This document shows positions 18,801 through 28,514 of a DNA stretch of 31,596 bases, in pieces. A program made the translations under genes and the position numbers. Within the stretch, counting starts at the first letter, position 1. Each line of letters opens with the position of its first letter. The notes below the pieces were generated by a model. The model was not told where the DNA came from, searched no databases, and worked only from the letters and a program-made list of their open reading frames with translations. This DNA comes from a virus (taxonomy: Duplodnaviria > Heunggongvirae > Uroviricota > Caudoviricetes > Peduoviridae): the IMG/VR virus record IMGVR_UViG_2565956719_000008. One strand, given 5' to 3'.

Positions 18801-19323
18801 TTCGCGACTGCTGCCGACCGGCTCATCACCGCTTGAGGTCGCCGCCGCAAAAGCCTGTGCGGAAATTGAAAAAACGCCGGTCAGTATTCGTGAGCTGTGG
18901 AACCCGGACACCTGTCCGGCAAATCTGCTGCCGTGGCTGGCGTGGGCGTTTTCGGTCGACAGGTGGGATGAAAAGTGGCCGGAAGCGACAAAACGCGCCG
19001 TTATTCGCGATGCCTATTTCATCCACTGTCATAAAGGCACGATAGGCGCAATCCGGCGTGTGGTGGAGCCGCTCGGCTATCTCATTAACGTAAAGGAATG
19101 GTGGGAGACAAACGACCCGCCCGGCACCTTTCGCCTTGATATCGGTGTGCTGGAAAGCGGCATCACGGAGGAGATGTATCTGGAAATGGAACGGCTGATT
19201 GCCGATGCCAAACCCGCAAGTCGCCACCTTATCGGTCTGAACATTATCCAGGACATTCCCGGCTATCTGTATACAGGCGGTGTGGTCTGTGATGGTGATG
19301 TTATTACTGTTTATCCCGGATAA
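18793..19323 (+). CDS. I: Baseplate protein (P2 gpI-like)
   Basis: 176 aa; overlaps the J end. Confidence 0.9.
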   Translation: MSDSRLLPTGSSPLEVAAAKACAEIEKTPVSIRELWNPDTCPANLLPWLAWAFSVDRWDEKWPEATKRAVIRDAYFIHCHKGTIGAIRRVVEPLGYLINVKEWWETNDPPGTFRLDIGVLESGITEEMYLEMERLIADAKPASRHLIGLNIIQDIPGYLYTGGVVCDGDVITVYPG

Positions 19324-19333
19324 GTGAGAAACA

Positions 19334-22108
19334 ATGAGCACGAAATTTAAAACCGTTATCACTACTGCCGGAGCCGCAAAGCTGGCTGCCGCCACTGTCC
19401 CCGGCGGGAAAAAAGTAAACCTGTCTGCAATGGCCGTGGGTGACGGTAATGGCAAATTACCGGTGCCGGATGCCGGTCAGACGAAACTGGTGCATGAGGT
19501 CTGGCGTCACGCTCTGAATAAAGTCAGTGTGGATAATAAGAATAAAAACTATATTGTGGCTGAACTGGTTGTTCCGCCAGAAGTGGGCGGCTTCTGGATG
19601 CGTGAGCTTGGTCTGTATGACGATGCCGGAACACTGATTGCGGTATCCAACATGGCAGAAAGCTATAAGCCAGAACTGGCTGAAGGCTCCGGACGTGCGC
19701 AGACCTGCCGCATGGTTATTATTCTCAGCAACGTGGCGTCCGTTGAGCTGAGTATTGATGCCAGCACAGTGATGGCGACGCAGGATTACGTCGATGACAA
19801 AATCGCAGAGCATGAGCAGTCCCGCCGCCATCCTGACGCCACGCTGACAGAAAAAGGTTTTACTCAGTTAAGCAGTGCAACAAACAGCACCAGTGAAAAG
19901 CTGGCGGCAACGCCAAAAGCGGTCAAGGCAGCAAATGACAACGCAAATTCACGTCTGGCGAAAAATCAGAACGGTGCAGATATCCAGGATAAATCAGCTT
20001 TTCTGGACAATATTAGTGTTACCAGCCTGACGTTTATGAAAAACAACGGCGAAATGCCGGTTGATGCTGATCTGAATACATTTGGTCCTGTTAAGGCTTA
20101 TTCAGGTATCTGGTCTAAAGCAACGTCCACCAACGCAACACTGGAGAAAAATTTCCCGGAAGATAATGCTGTCGGTGTGCTTGAGGTTTTTGCTGGCGGC
20201 AATTTTGCAGGCACGCAACGCTATACCACACGTGACGGAAATTTGTATATCCGCAAACTCATTGGAACATGGAATGGTAATGATGGACCATGGGGAGCAT
20301 GGCGCCATGTTCAGGCTGTAACGCGTGCTCTAAGTACGACCATTGACCTTAACTCTCTCGGTGGCGCAGAACATTTAGGTCTATGGAGAAACAGCAGTTC
20401 AGCAATAGCTTCTTTTGAACGACATTACCCTGAGCAGGGAGGAGACGCGCAGGGCATTCTGGAAATTTTCGAAGGTGGGCTATATGGACGCACGCAGCGT
20501 TATACAACCCGTAACGGGACTATGTATATTCGCGGCCTGACAGCCAAATGGGATGCAGAAAATCCACAGTGGGAAGACTGGATCCAAATTGGTTATCAGA
20601 CCAGTAGTACCTTCTATGAGGATGACCTGGATGATTTGATGTCTCCGGGTATTTACAGTGTGACAGGCAAAGCGACCCACACCCCAATCCAGGGGCAGTC
20701 TGGTTTTCTGGAAGTCATCAGGCGCAAGGATGGTGTCTATGTTTTGCAACGTTACACGACCACAGGAACCAGCGCAGCTACAAAAGACCGTTTATATGAG
20801 CGAGTGTTTCTTGGTGGCTCATTTAACGCGTGGGGGGAGTGGCGACAGATTTATAACTCAAACTCTTTGCCGTTAGAGTTGGGCATCGGTGGCGCTGTGG
20901 CAAAACTCTCCAGCCTGGACTGGCAGACCTACGACTTTGTGCCGGGCAGTCTGATAACCGTTCGGCTTGATAACATGACCAACATTCCCGACGGTATGGA
21001 CTGGGGCGTCATTGATGGCAACCTGATAAACATCGCAGTTGGTCCGAGTGATGATTCCGGTACGGGGCGCTCAATGCATGTATGGCGCAGCACTGTAAGT
21101 AAAGCCAACTACCGCTTTTTTATGGTGCGTATTTCAGGAAATCCGGGAAGCCGCACGATCACGACAAGACGTGTGCCAATTATCGACGAAGCTCAGACAT
21201 GGGCGGCGAAACAAACCTTCAGCGCCGGTCTTTCAGGCGAACTGTCCGGCAATGCGGCTACAGCTACAAAGCTGAAAACGGCAAGGACAATTAACGGCGT
21301 GAAATTTGATGGTTCTGGCAATATCAATATTAATACGCTGGTATCCAGGAATCGCGTTGCTGCATTAAGCGGGAGTGAGAAGGGGGTGCCTGGTATTCAG
21401 ATGTATGAGGCATATAACAATGGCTACCCTTATGCCTATGGCAATGTGCTTCATCTTACGGGGGTATCCGCAACCGGAGAAGGTGAGTTACTTATCGGCT
21501 GGAGTGGAACCAGCGGTGCTTATGCACCAGCATATATTCGTTCAAGGCGGGATACAGATGACGCTCAATGGTCTGGATGGGCACAGCTTTATACGACAGC
21601 ACATAAACCATCCGCTGGTGATGTTGGTGCTTTACCGATATCCGGTGGCACTATTACAGGCGGTTTAACTGTTGATGGGGAAGTTGTTTCAAGGTCAGCA
21701 AACGGTTATCGCATCGTATGTGGGAACTATGGATTCTTTATCCGAAATGATGGTAATTTCACCCATTTCATGTTGACCAACTCCGGTGACAGTATGGGGG
21801 GATGGAGTAGTTTAAGGCCATTCTATATTCAGAATTCCACTGGTGGAGTCACTATTGGCCATGGATTAACTGTTGCCGGACAAGTTGTGCCAAGTAACTA
21901 CGGTAATTTCGACGGGCGTTATGTGATGGATGTTCGCCTGGGAACACGTGTTGTTCAATTGATGGCGCGTGGCGGGCGTTATGAGATGGCCGGACACACA
22001 CTTACCGGATTAAGAATTATTGGTGAAGTTGATGGCGATGATGAAGCCATCTTCAGACCGATACAAAAATACATCAATGGCACATGGTATAACGTCGCAC
22101 AGGTGTAA
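19334..22108 (+). CDS. H: Tail fibre protein (P2 gpH-like N-terminus, extended mosaic C-terminus)
   Basis: 924 aa. N-terminus [20 protein letters not shown]... is P2 H-like as recalled. Central region has three copies of a motif around QRYTTR; C-terminal part has the [25 protein letters not shown] segment common to enterobacterial phage tail fibres. Confidence 0.9.
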   Translation: MSTKFKTVITTAGAAKLAAATVPGGKKVNLSAMAVGDGNGKLPVPDAGQTKLVHEVWRHALNKVSVDNKNKNYIVAELVVPPEVGGFWMRELGLYDDAGTLIAVSNMAESYKPELAEGSGRAQTCRMVIILSNVASVELSIDASTVMATQDYVDDKIAEHEQSRRHPDATLTEKGFTQLSSATNSTSEKLAATPKAVKAANDNANSRLAKNQNGADIQDKSAFLDNISVTSLTFMKNNGEMPVDADLNTFGPVKAYSGIWSKATSTNATLEKNFPEDNAVGVLEVFAGGNFAGTQRYTTRDGNLYIRKLIGTWNGNDGPWGAWRHVQAVTRALSTTIDLNSLGGAEHLGLWRNSSSAIASFERHYPEQGGDAQGILEIFEGGLYGRTQRYTTRNGTMYIRGLTAKWDAENPQWEDWIQIGYQTSSTFYEDDLDDLMSPGIYSVTGKATHTPIQGQSGFLEVIRRKDGVYVLQRYTTTGTSAATKDRLYERVFLGGSFNAWGEWRQIYNSNSLPLELGIGGAVAKLSSLDWQTYDFVPGSLITVRLDNMTNIPDGMDWGVIDGNLINIAVGPSDDSGTGRSMHVWRSTVSKANYRFFMVRISGNPGSRTITTRRVPIIDEAQTWAAKQTFSAGLSGELSGNAATATKLKTARTINGVKFDGSGNININTLVSRNRVAALSGSEKGVPGIQMYEAYNNGYPYAYGNVLHLTGVSATGEGELLIGWSGTSGAYAPAYIRSRRDTDDAQWSGWAQLYTTAHKPSAGDVGALPISGGTITGGLTVDGEVVSRSANGYRIVCGNYGFFIRNDGNFTHFMLTNSGDSMGGWSSLRPFYIQNSTGGVTIGHGLTVAGQVVPSNYGNFDGRYVMDVRLGTRVVQLMARGGRYEMAGHTLTGLRIIGEVDGDDEAIFRPIQKYINGTWYNVAQV

Positions 22109-22111
22109 GTT

Positions 22112-22639
22112 ATGCAGCATTTAAAAAATATAAGGTCAGGAAATCCGAAAACCATTGAACAATATCAACTAACAAAAAAATTCGACGTTATCTGGTTATT
22201 TTCAGAGGATGGAAAAAACTGGTATGAAGAGGTAAAGCATTTTCAGGAAGACACAATAAAGATTGTTTACGATGAGAATAATATTATTGTCGCCATTACC
22301 AAAGATGCATCAACGCTTAATCCAGAGGGGTTCAGCGTCGTTGAAGTCCCTGATATTACCGCCAACCGACGAGCTGATGACTCAGGTAAATGGATGTTTA
22401 AGGACGGTGCCGTGATTAAGCGGATTTATACGGCAGACGAACAGCAGCAACTGGCGGAGTCAAAAAAGGCAGCTTTGCTTTCCGAAGCTGAATCCGTGAT
22501 TTTGCCACTGGAGCGCGCTGTCAGGCTGAACATGGCAACAGATGAGGAGCGTAGCCGACTGGAAGCATGGGAACGCTACAGTGTTCTGGTCAGCCGTGTG
22601 GATCCTGCAAATCCTGAATGGCCGGAAATGCCGCAATAA
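22112..22639 (+). CDS. G: Tail fibre assembly chaperone (P2 gpG-like)
   Basis: 175 aa directly downstream of H; AT-rich like the H 3' end. Confidence 0.85.
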   Translation: MQHLKNIRSGNPKTIEQYQLTKKFDVIWLFSEDGKNWYEEVKHFQEDTIKIVYDENNIIVAITKDASTLNPEGFSVVEVPDITANRRADDSGKWMFKDGAVIKRIYTADEQQQLAESKKAALLSEAESVILPLERAVRLNMATDEERSRLEAWERYSVLVSRVDPANPEWPEMPQ

Positions 22640-22661
22640 GTGATATGATCTCTTGTGTTAG

Positions 22662-22748
22662 TTAACATAGCTATAGTACAGAGTAAGGCCTAATCTGACA
22701 GTCCGCTCTGTGCTAGGAGCGGACATTATCAACATCATGCTATGTTAA
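22662..22748. other. Nested inverted-repeat structure immediately downstream of G
   Basis: Outer inverted repeat TTAACATAGC (22662..22671) / GCTATGTTAA (22739..22748) enclosing a perfect hairpin GTCCGCTC-tgtgctag-GAGCGGAC (22701..22724). No U-tract follows. Confidence 0.4.
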
Positions 22749-22964
22749 TGTATAAAGTGAAGATAAATTGATATAATAAGGCCACCATGAATATTTCAGA
22801 ACCTTGTCAAAAGGTTTGCACATACTCTAGTCTTGCAATGTGTAGTTGATAGTTCCACTGAGGAGGTTCTTCGACATTCTTTATAAAAATGTATATTTTC
22901 ATCAATAATAAGAGGTAAAAGGGCTTTAATAGTTTTTTGTGGATGTTATTTCTACTCATAAATT

Positions 22965-22993
22965 TTGAGATAAGTATTGAGTTGAGATAAAGT
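22965..22993 (+). promoter_or_regulatory. Candidate sigma70 promoter with direct repeats upstream of the Z/fun cargo ORF
   Basis: Direct repeats TTGAGATAA at 22965..22973 and 22982..22990. TTGAGA (22965..22970) as -35, 17-bp spacer, TAAAGT (22988..22993) as -10; ATG at 23029. Confidence 0.3.
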
Positions 22994-23028
22994 TAAACTC
23001 GTTAAATTCACCTTTAAAAGGATAAAGC

Positions 23029-23556
23029 ATGGACTGGAAAGATCTTGCATCAACTGCTGTGTATACAGGTATGACTGATGAAAATGAAAGCATATGGGAA
23101 CGTGTTGATGGGGTTGACGTTGCCTTCATAGGTGCCTTTCTTACTGCGCACTTGAGCCTTGAAAAGTATATTACTGATTATCTTGGATTAAGATATCCTT
23201 CGTTAGCTTGGGGTGATGCAAAACTCACATTTTCACAAAAAATAGCTTTAATACAACATGAGCCTGCAAAACCCCCTTATGATGAAATATATTTAAGAAT
23301 AAAAGACTTTAACAGCATAAGAAATAAAATCAGTCATCAATTGAATTATCAGATTACGGATAAAGAAAAAAGTAAGTTTGTGGACTTCTACATGAAGATT
23401 ACTAAAGCCAGTAAAACCAAACCAAATATTGATATTGATAACATGGCAGATTTGTTGGGTTTTTTCGTATCGATGACAAAATCCTATTTTGCTAGTGCTA
23501 TTTCTTATTATCACTATAATAAAAAGGTTGCAGGTAAAAGTAATAAAATTGATTAA
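23029..23556 (+). CDS. AT-rich cargo ORF in the Z/fun hotspot position; HEPN-like R-x4-H motif (candidate abortive-infection/defence RNase)
   Basis: 175 aa; AAGGA SD 7 nt upstream. Visibly AT-rich against the flanking tail genes. Motif R98-N-K-I-S-H103 (nt about 23320..23337) matches the HEPN R-x4-6-H signature with the typical Asn after Arg. No adjacent partner ORF. Confidence 0.7.
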   Translation: MDWKDLASTAVYTGMTDENESIWERVDGVDVAFIGAFLTAHLSLEKYITDYLGLRYPSLAWGDAKLTFSQKIALIQHEPAKPPYDEIYLRIKDFNSIRNKISHQLNYQITDKEKSKFVDFYMKITKASKTKPNIDIDNMADLLGFFVSMTKSYFASAISYYHYNKKVAGKSNKID

Positions 23557-23731
23557 TGAAACTGGACTTAGGGATAATTAATATATAGACGTTCTATCAT
23601 TTTTAGAGTGTGCGGCAGCTCCATACATTCATGCGGATGTCAGCACCTCGCTCAAAGCAGACAGTCAGATTTGATAGCGTTTGGACTATGTAAATAGTCA
23701 GTTGGAAAATGAGTGAGTACAAATCAGGACA

Positions 23732-23757
23732 GGCGGGCGAATTGCCCGCCTTTTCTT
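23732..23757 (+). terminator. Rho-independent terminator upstream of FI
   Basis: GGCGGGC-gaatt-GCCCGCC followed by TTTTCTTTAT. Confidence 0.6.
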
Positions 23758-23854
23758 TATCTGTTGTTTCATCCACTGACCAGCCAGGTCAAATAGCGTC
23801 TCATGCTCTGCACAACAGAAAATAGTTGCACCCATTAACCACGGAGTTAAACGG

Positions 23855-25045
23855 ATGAGTGACTATCATCACGGCGTGCAGGTGCTGGAGATTAACGACG
23901 GCACCCGCGTCATTTCCACCGTATCCACTGCCATTGTCGGCATGGTCTGCACGGCCAGCGATGCGGATGCGGAAACCTTCCCCCTCAATAAACCTGTGCT
24001 GATTACCAATGTGCAGAGCGCAATTGCAAAGGCCGGTAAAAAAGGCACGCTGGCGGCATCGTTGCAGGCTATCGCCGACCAGTCAAAACCGGTCACCGTT
24101 GTCGTGCGTGTGGAAGACGGCACCGGCGACGACGAGGAAACGAAACTCGCGCAGACCGTTTCCAATATCATCGGCACCACCGACGAAAACGGTCAGTACA
24201 CCGGACTGAAAGCCCTGCTGGCGGCGGAGTCGGTAACCGGTGTTAAACCGCGTATTCTCGGCGTGCCGGGACTGGACACCAAAGAGGTGGCTGTTGCACT
24301 GGCATCAGTCTGTCAGAAGCTGCGCGCTTTCGGGTATATCAGCGCATGGGGCTGTAAAACCATTTCCGAGGTGAAAGCCTACCGTCAGAATTTCAGCCAG
24401 CGTGAGCTGATGGTCATCTGGCCGGATTTCCTCGCATGGGATACGGTCAGCAGCACCACCGCCACCGCGTATGCCACCGCCCGTGCGCTGGGTCTGCGCG
24501 CTAAAATCGACCAGGAGCAGGGCTGGCATAAAACGCTGTCCAACGTCGGGGTAAACGGTGTTACCGGCATCAGCGCATCTGTATTCTGGGATTTGCAGGA
24601 GTCCGGCACCGATGCTGACCTGCTTAACGAGTCAGGCGTCACTACGCTGATTCGCCGCGACGGTTTCCGATTCTGGGGTAACCGTACCTGCTCTGATGAC
24701 CCGCTGTTCCTCTTTGAAAACTACACCCGCACCGCGCAGGTGATGGCCGACACGATGGCTGAGGCGCACATGTGGGCGGTGGACAAGCCCATCACCGCAA
24801 CGCTGATTCGCGACATCGTTGACGGCATCAATGCCAAATTCCGTGAGCTGAAAACAAACGGCTATATCGTGGATGCGACCTGCTGGTTCAGCGAAGAATC
24901 CAACGATGCGGAAACCCTCAAGGCCGGAAAACTGTATATCGACTACGACTATACACCGGTGCCTCCTCTTGAAAACCTGACCCTGCGCCAGCGTATTACC
25001 GATAAATACCTGGCAAATCTGGTCACCTCGGTTAACAGCAATTAA
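23855..25045 (+). CDS. FI: Tail sheath protein (P2 gpFI-like)
   Basis: 396 aa; ACGGAG SD. Position and length as P2 FI. Confidence 0.9.
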   Translation: MSDYHHGVQVLEINDGTRVISTVSTAIVGMVCTASDADAETFPLNKPVLITNVQSAIAKAGKKGTLAASLQAIADQSKPVTVVVRVEDGTGDDEETKLAQTVSNIIGTTDENGQYTGLKALLAAESVTGVKPRILGVPGLDTKEVAVALASVCQKLRAFGYISAWGCKTISEVKAYRQNFSQRELMVIWPDFLAWDTVSSTTATAYATARALGLRAKIDQEQGWHKTLSNVGVNGVTGISASVFWDLQESGTDADLLNESGVTTLIRRDGFRFWGNRTCSDDPLFLFENYTRTAQVMADTMAEAHMWAVDKPITATLIRDIVDGINAKFRELKTNGYIVDATCWFSEESNDAETLKAGKLYIDYDYTPVPPLENLTLRQRITDKYLANLVTSVNSN

Positions 25046-25057
25046 GGAGCCTGACCG

Positions 25058-25576
25058 ATGGCAATGCCGCGCAAACTCAAGTTAATGAACGTCTTTCTGA
25101 ACGGCTACAGCTATCAGGGCGTCGCGAAGTCCGTCACGCTACCAAAACTGACCCGTAAGCTCGAAAACTATCGCGGTGCGGGGATGAACGGCAGCGCACC
25201 GGTAGACCTCGGCCTTGATGACGATGCGCTGTCAATGGAGTGGTCGCTCGGTGGCTTCCCGGATTCGGTTATCTGGGAGCTTTACGCCGCAACCGGTGTG
25301 GATGCCGTACCGATTCGTTTTGCAGGCTCTTACCAGCGCGACGATACCGGCGAAACGGTGGCCGTCGAGGTGGTCATGCGTGGACGTCAGAAAGAAATCG
25401 ACACCGGCGAGGGCAAACAGGGAGAAGACACCGAGTCGAAAATCTCCGTGGTCTGCACCTATTTCCGGCTGACGATGGACGGTAAGGAGCTGGTCGAAAT
25501 CGACACCATCAACATGATTGAGAAGGTGAACGGCGTCGACCGGCTGGAGCAACACCGCCGCAATATCGGCCTGTGA
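25058..25576 (+). CDS. FII: Tail tube protein (P2 gpFII-like)
   Basis: 172 aa; AAGGAG SD. Confidence 0.9.
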   Translation: MAMPRKLKLMNVFLNGYSYQGVAKSVTLPKLTRKLENYRGAGMNGSAPVDLGLDDDALSMEWSLGGFPDSVIWELYAATGVDAVPIRFAGSYQRDDTGETVAVEVVMRGRQKEIDTGEGKQGEDTESKISVVCTYFRLTMDGKELVEIDTINMIEKVNGVDRLEQHRRNIGL

Positions 25577-25583
25577 TTTTCAT

Positions 25584-25604
25584 CCGGTCAGCCTGGCTGA
25601 CCGG
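25584..25604 (+). promoter_or_regulatory. Perfect 9-bp stem hairpin between FII and E
   Basis: CCGGTCAGC-ctg-GCTGACCGG with no U-tract; candidate attenuator or RNA-stability element between the tube gene and the chaperone gene. Confidence 0.4.
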
Positions 25605-25632
25605 TTAACCCCGATTCAGAAGTGAGAAAACC

Positions 25633-25908
25633 ATGAACAAAGAAAATGTGATTACCCTGGACAATCCGGTCAAGCGTGGTGAGCAGGTTATCGAACAGGT
25701 CACGCTGATGAAACCTAATGCCGGGACGCTGCGCGGTGTCAGTCTGGCTGCGGTCGCGAACTCCGAAGTCGATGCACTGATTAAGGTGCTGCCGCGCATG
25801 ACGGCACCGATGCTGACCGAGCAGGAAGTCGCCGCGCTGGAACTGCCTGACCTTGTGGCGCTGGCCGGTAAGGTGGTCGGTTTTTTGTCGCCGAACTCGG
25901 TGCAGTAA
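25633..25908 (+). CDS. E: Tail assembly chaperone E (P2 gpE-like)
   Basis: 91 aa, ending ...VVGFLSPNSVQ. A T6G slippery heptamer lies 7 codons before the stop. Confidence 0.85.
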   Translation: MNKENVITLDNPVKRGEQVIEQVTLMKPNAGTLRGVSLAAVANSEVDALIKVLPRMTAPMLTEQEVAALELPDLVALAGKVVGFLSPNSVQ

Positions 25909-26060
25909 CGTTCCCGAAAAATCTCTCGGTCGATGACCTGATGGCGGATGTGGCAGTGATATTTCACTGGCCGCCATCAGAACTGTATCCCATGAGCCTG
26001 ACCGAACTCATCACATGGCGCGAAAAGGCGCTCCGGCGAAGCGGAAACACGAATGAGTAA
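25633..26060 (+). CDS. E+E' tail chaperone fusion produced by programmed -1 ribosomal frameshift
   Basis: Slippery sequence TTTTTTG at 25881..25887. The -1 frame stays open to TAA at 26058..26060 (tail translates as ...MSLTELITWREKALRRSGNTNE), overlapping the T start at 26053. Total about 142 aa. Confidence 0.65.
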
Positions 26061-28500
26061 CAATGTAAAATTACAGGTATTGCTCAGGGCTGTTGACCAG
26101 GCATCCCGCCCGTTTAAATCCATCCGCACAGCGAGTAAGTCGCTGTCGGGGGATATCCGGGAAACACAAAAATCACTGCGCGAGCTGAACGGTCACGCAT
26201 CCCGTATTGAGGGATTTCGCAAGACCAGCGCACAGCTTGCCGTGACTGGTCATGCACTTGAAAAGGCACGGCAGGAAGCCGAAGCCCTTGCCACACAGTT
26301 TAAAAACACTGAACGTCCGACCCGTGCTCAGGCGAAAGTGCTGGAATCCGCAAAGCGTGCGGCGGAGGACTTACAGGCGAAATATAACCGCCTGACAGAT
26401 TCCATTAAACGCCAGCAGCGGGAACTGGCCGCTGTGGGAATTAATACCCGCAATCTTGCACATGATGAGCAGGGACTGAAAAACCGTATCAGTGAAACCA
26501 CCGCACAGCTTAACCGTCAGCGTGACGCGCTGGCGCGTGTCAGTGCACAACAGGCAAAACTTAACGCAGTAAAACAGCGTTATCAGGCCGGAAAGGAACT
26601 GGCCGGAAATATGGCCTCAGTGGGCGCTGCCGGTGTGGGGATTGCTGCTGCGGGAACGATGGCCGGAGTTAAGTTGCTGATGCCCGGTTATGAGTTTGCG
26701 CAGAAAAACTCAGAATTGCAGGCCGTGCTCGGTGTGGCAAAAGACTCCGCCGAAATGGCTGCACTACGCAAGCAGGCGCGCCAGCTCGGCGACAATACCG
26801 CAGCCTCGGCAGATGATGCAGCCGGTGCGCAGATTATTATTGCGAAAGCCGGTGGGGATGTTGATGCCATTCAGGCGGCAACGCCGGTCACGCTGAATAT
26901 GGCGCTGGCGAACCGTCGCACGATGGAAGAAAACGCCGCCCTGCTGATGGGGATGAAATCCGCCTTTCAGCTTTCAAACGATAAGGTCGCTCATATCGGG
27001 GATGTTCTCTCCATGACGATGAACAAAACCGCCGCCGATTTTGACGGTATGAGCGATGCGCTGACCTATGCCGCACCAGTGGCAAAAAATGCCGGTGTCA
27101 GCATTGAAGAAACCGCCGCAATGGTCGGGGCGCTGCATGACGCAAAAATTACTGGTTCAATGGCGGGGACGGGAAGCCGTGCCGTGTTAAGCCGCCTGCA
27201 GGCACCGACGGGAAAAGCATGGGATGCACTCAAAGAGCTTGGTGTGAAAACCTCAGACAGCAAGGGAAACACCCGACCAGTATTTACCATTCTGAAAGAA
27301 ATGCAGGCCAGTTTTGAGAAAAACCGGCTCGGTACTGCCCAGCAGGCTGAATACATGAAAACTATTTTCGGGGAGGAGGCCAGCTCAGCCGCCGCCGTGC
27401 TGATGACTGCCGCCTCAACTGGAAAGCTGGACAAACTGACCGCTGCGTTTAAAGCCTCAGACGGGAAGACCGCTGAGCTGGTAAATATCATGCAGGACAA
27501 CCTCGGCGGTGACTTTAAGGAGTTTCAGTCCGCTTATGAGGCGGTGGGGACTGACCTGTTTGACCAGCAGGAAGGCGCACTGCGTAAGCTCACGCAGACG
27601 GCCACAAAGTATGTGTTAAAACTCGACGGCTGGATACAGAAAAACAAATCACTGGCGTCAACCATCGGCATCATTGTCGGTGGTGCACTGGCGCTGATTG
27701 GTGTCATCGGTGCCATTGGCCTCGTAGCCTGGCCGGTTATCACCGGCATCAATGCCATTATCGCGGCAGCAGGCGCAATGGGGGCAATCTTCACGACGGT
27801 TGGTAGTGCCGTTATGACGGCCATCAGTGCGATTAGCTGGCCGGTTGTGGCCGTGGTGGCTGCCATTGTCGCCGGGGCGTTGCTTATCCGTAAATACTGG
27901 GAGCCTGTCAGCGCATTCTTTGGCGGTGTGGTTGAAGGGCTGAAAGCGGCATTTGCGCCGGTGGGGGAACTGTTCACGCCACTTAAGCCGCTGTTTAACT
28001 GGCTGGGTGAAAAGTTACAGGCCGCGTGGCAGTGGTTTAAAAACCTGATTGCCCCGGTCAAAGCCACCCAGGACACCCTGAACCGTTGCCGTGACACGGG
28101 CGTCATGTTCGGGCAGGCACTGGCTGACGCGCTGATGCTGCCGCTTAATGCGTTCAACAAACTGCGCAGCGGTATTGACTGGGTACTGGAAAAACTCGGT
28201 GTTATCAACAAAGAGTCAGACACACTTGACCAGACCGCCGCCAGAACTCATGCCGCCACGTATGGCACAGGTGATTATATTCCGGCGACCAGTTCTTATG
28301 CGGGGTATCAGGCTTACCAGCCGGTCACGGCACCGGCTGGCCGCTCTTATGTGGACCAGAGTAAAAACGAATATCACATCAGTCTGACGGGCGGTACTGC
28401 GCAGGGGACACAGCTCGACCGCCAGTTACAGGATGCACTCGAAAAATACGAGCGGGATAAACGTGCGCGCGCCCGTGCCAGCATGATGCATGACGGTTAA
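26053..28500 (+). CDS. T: Tail tape measure protein (P2 gpT-like)
   Basis: 815 aa with coiled-coil-rich N-terminus and hydrophobic Gly/Ala-rich central segment. Position after E/E'. Confidence 0.9.
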   Translation: MSNNVKLQVLLRAVDQASRPFKSIRTASKSLSGDIRETQKSLRELNGHASRIEGFRKTSAQLAVTGHALEKARQEAEALATQFKNTERPTRAQAKVLESAKRAAEDLQAKYNRLTDSIKRQQRELAAVGINTRNLAHDEQGLKNRISETTAQLNRQRDALARVSAQQAKLNAVKQRYQAGKELAGNMASVGAAGVGIAAAGTMAGVKLLMPGYEFAQKNSELQAVLGVAKDSAEMAALRKQARQLGDNTAASADDAAGAQIIIAKAGGDVDAIQAATPVTLNMALANRRTMEENAALLMGMKSAFQLSNDKVAHIGDVLSMTMNKTAADFDGMSDALTYAAPVAKNAGVSIEETAAMVGALHDAKITGSMAGTGSRAVLSRLQAPTGKAWDALKELGVKTSDSKGNTRPVFTILKEMQASFEKNRLGTAQQAEYMKTIFGEEASSAAAVLMTAASTGKLDKLTAAFKASDGKTAELVNIMQDNLGGDFKEFQSAYEAVGTDLFDQQEGALRKLTQTATKYVLKLDGWIQKNKSLASTIGIIVGGALALIGVIGAIGLVAWPVITGINAIIAAAGAMGAIFTTVGSAVMTAISAISWPVVAVVAAIVAGALLIRKYWEPVSAFFGGVVEGLKAAFAPVGELFTPLKPLFNWLGEKLQAAWQWFKNLIAPVKATQDTLNRCRDTGVMFGQALADALMLPLNAFNKLRSGIDWVLEKLGVINKESDTLDQTAARTHAATYGTGDYIPATSSYAGYQAYQPVTAPAGRSYVDQSKNEYHISLTGGTAQGTQLDRQLQDALEKYERDKRARARASMMHDG

Positions 28501-28514
28501 GGAGGTGACGAAAA

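Noticed and set aside
19334-22639. Invertible tail-fibre segment (Mu G-segment / P1 C-segment type)
   Set aside because: No site-specific invertase gene is present, and H and G are on the same strand with no inverted duplicate of the fibre tip.
27534-28223. 229-aa antisense ORF inside the tape measure gene, with similar shadow ORFs inside P (9736..10446), N, L (13669..14115), K/lysA (14811..15383), S/V (16662..17210), I/H (18826..19455) and D (29041..29610)
   Set aside because: They are fully embedded opposite or out of frame within well-supported structural genes in GC-rich DNA, and their translations are low-complexity; typical shadow ORFs.
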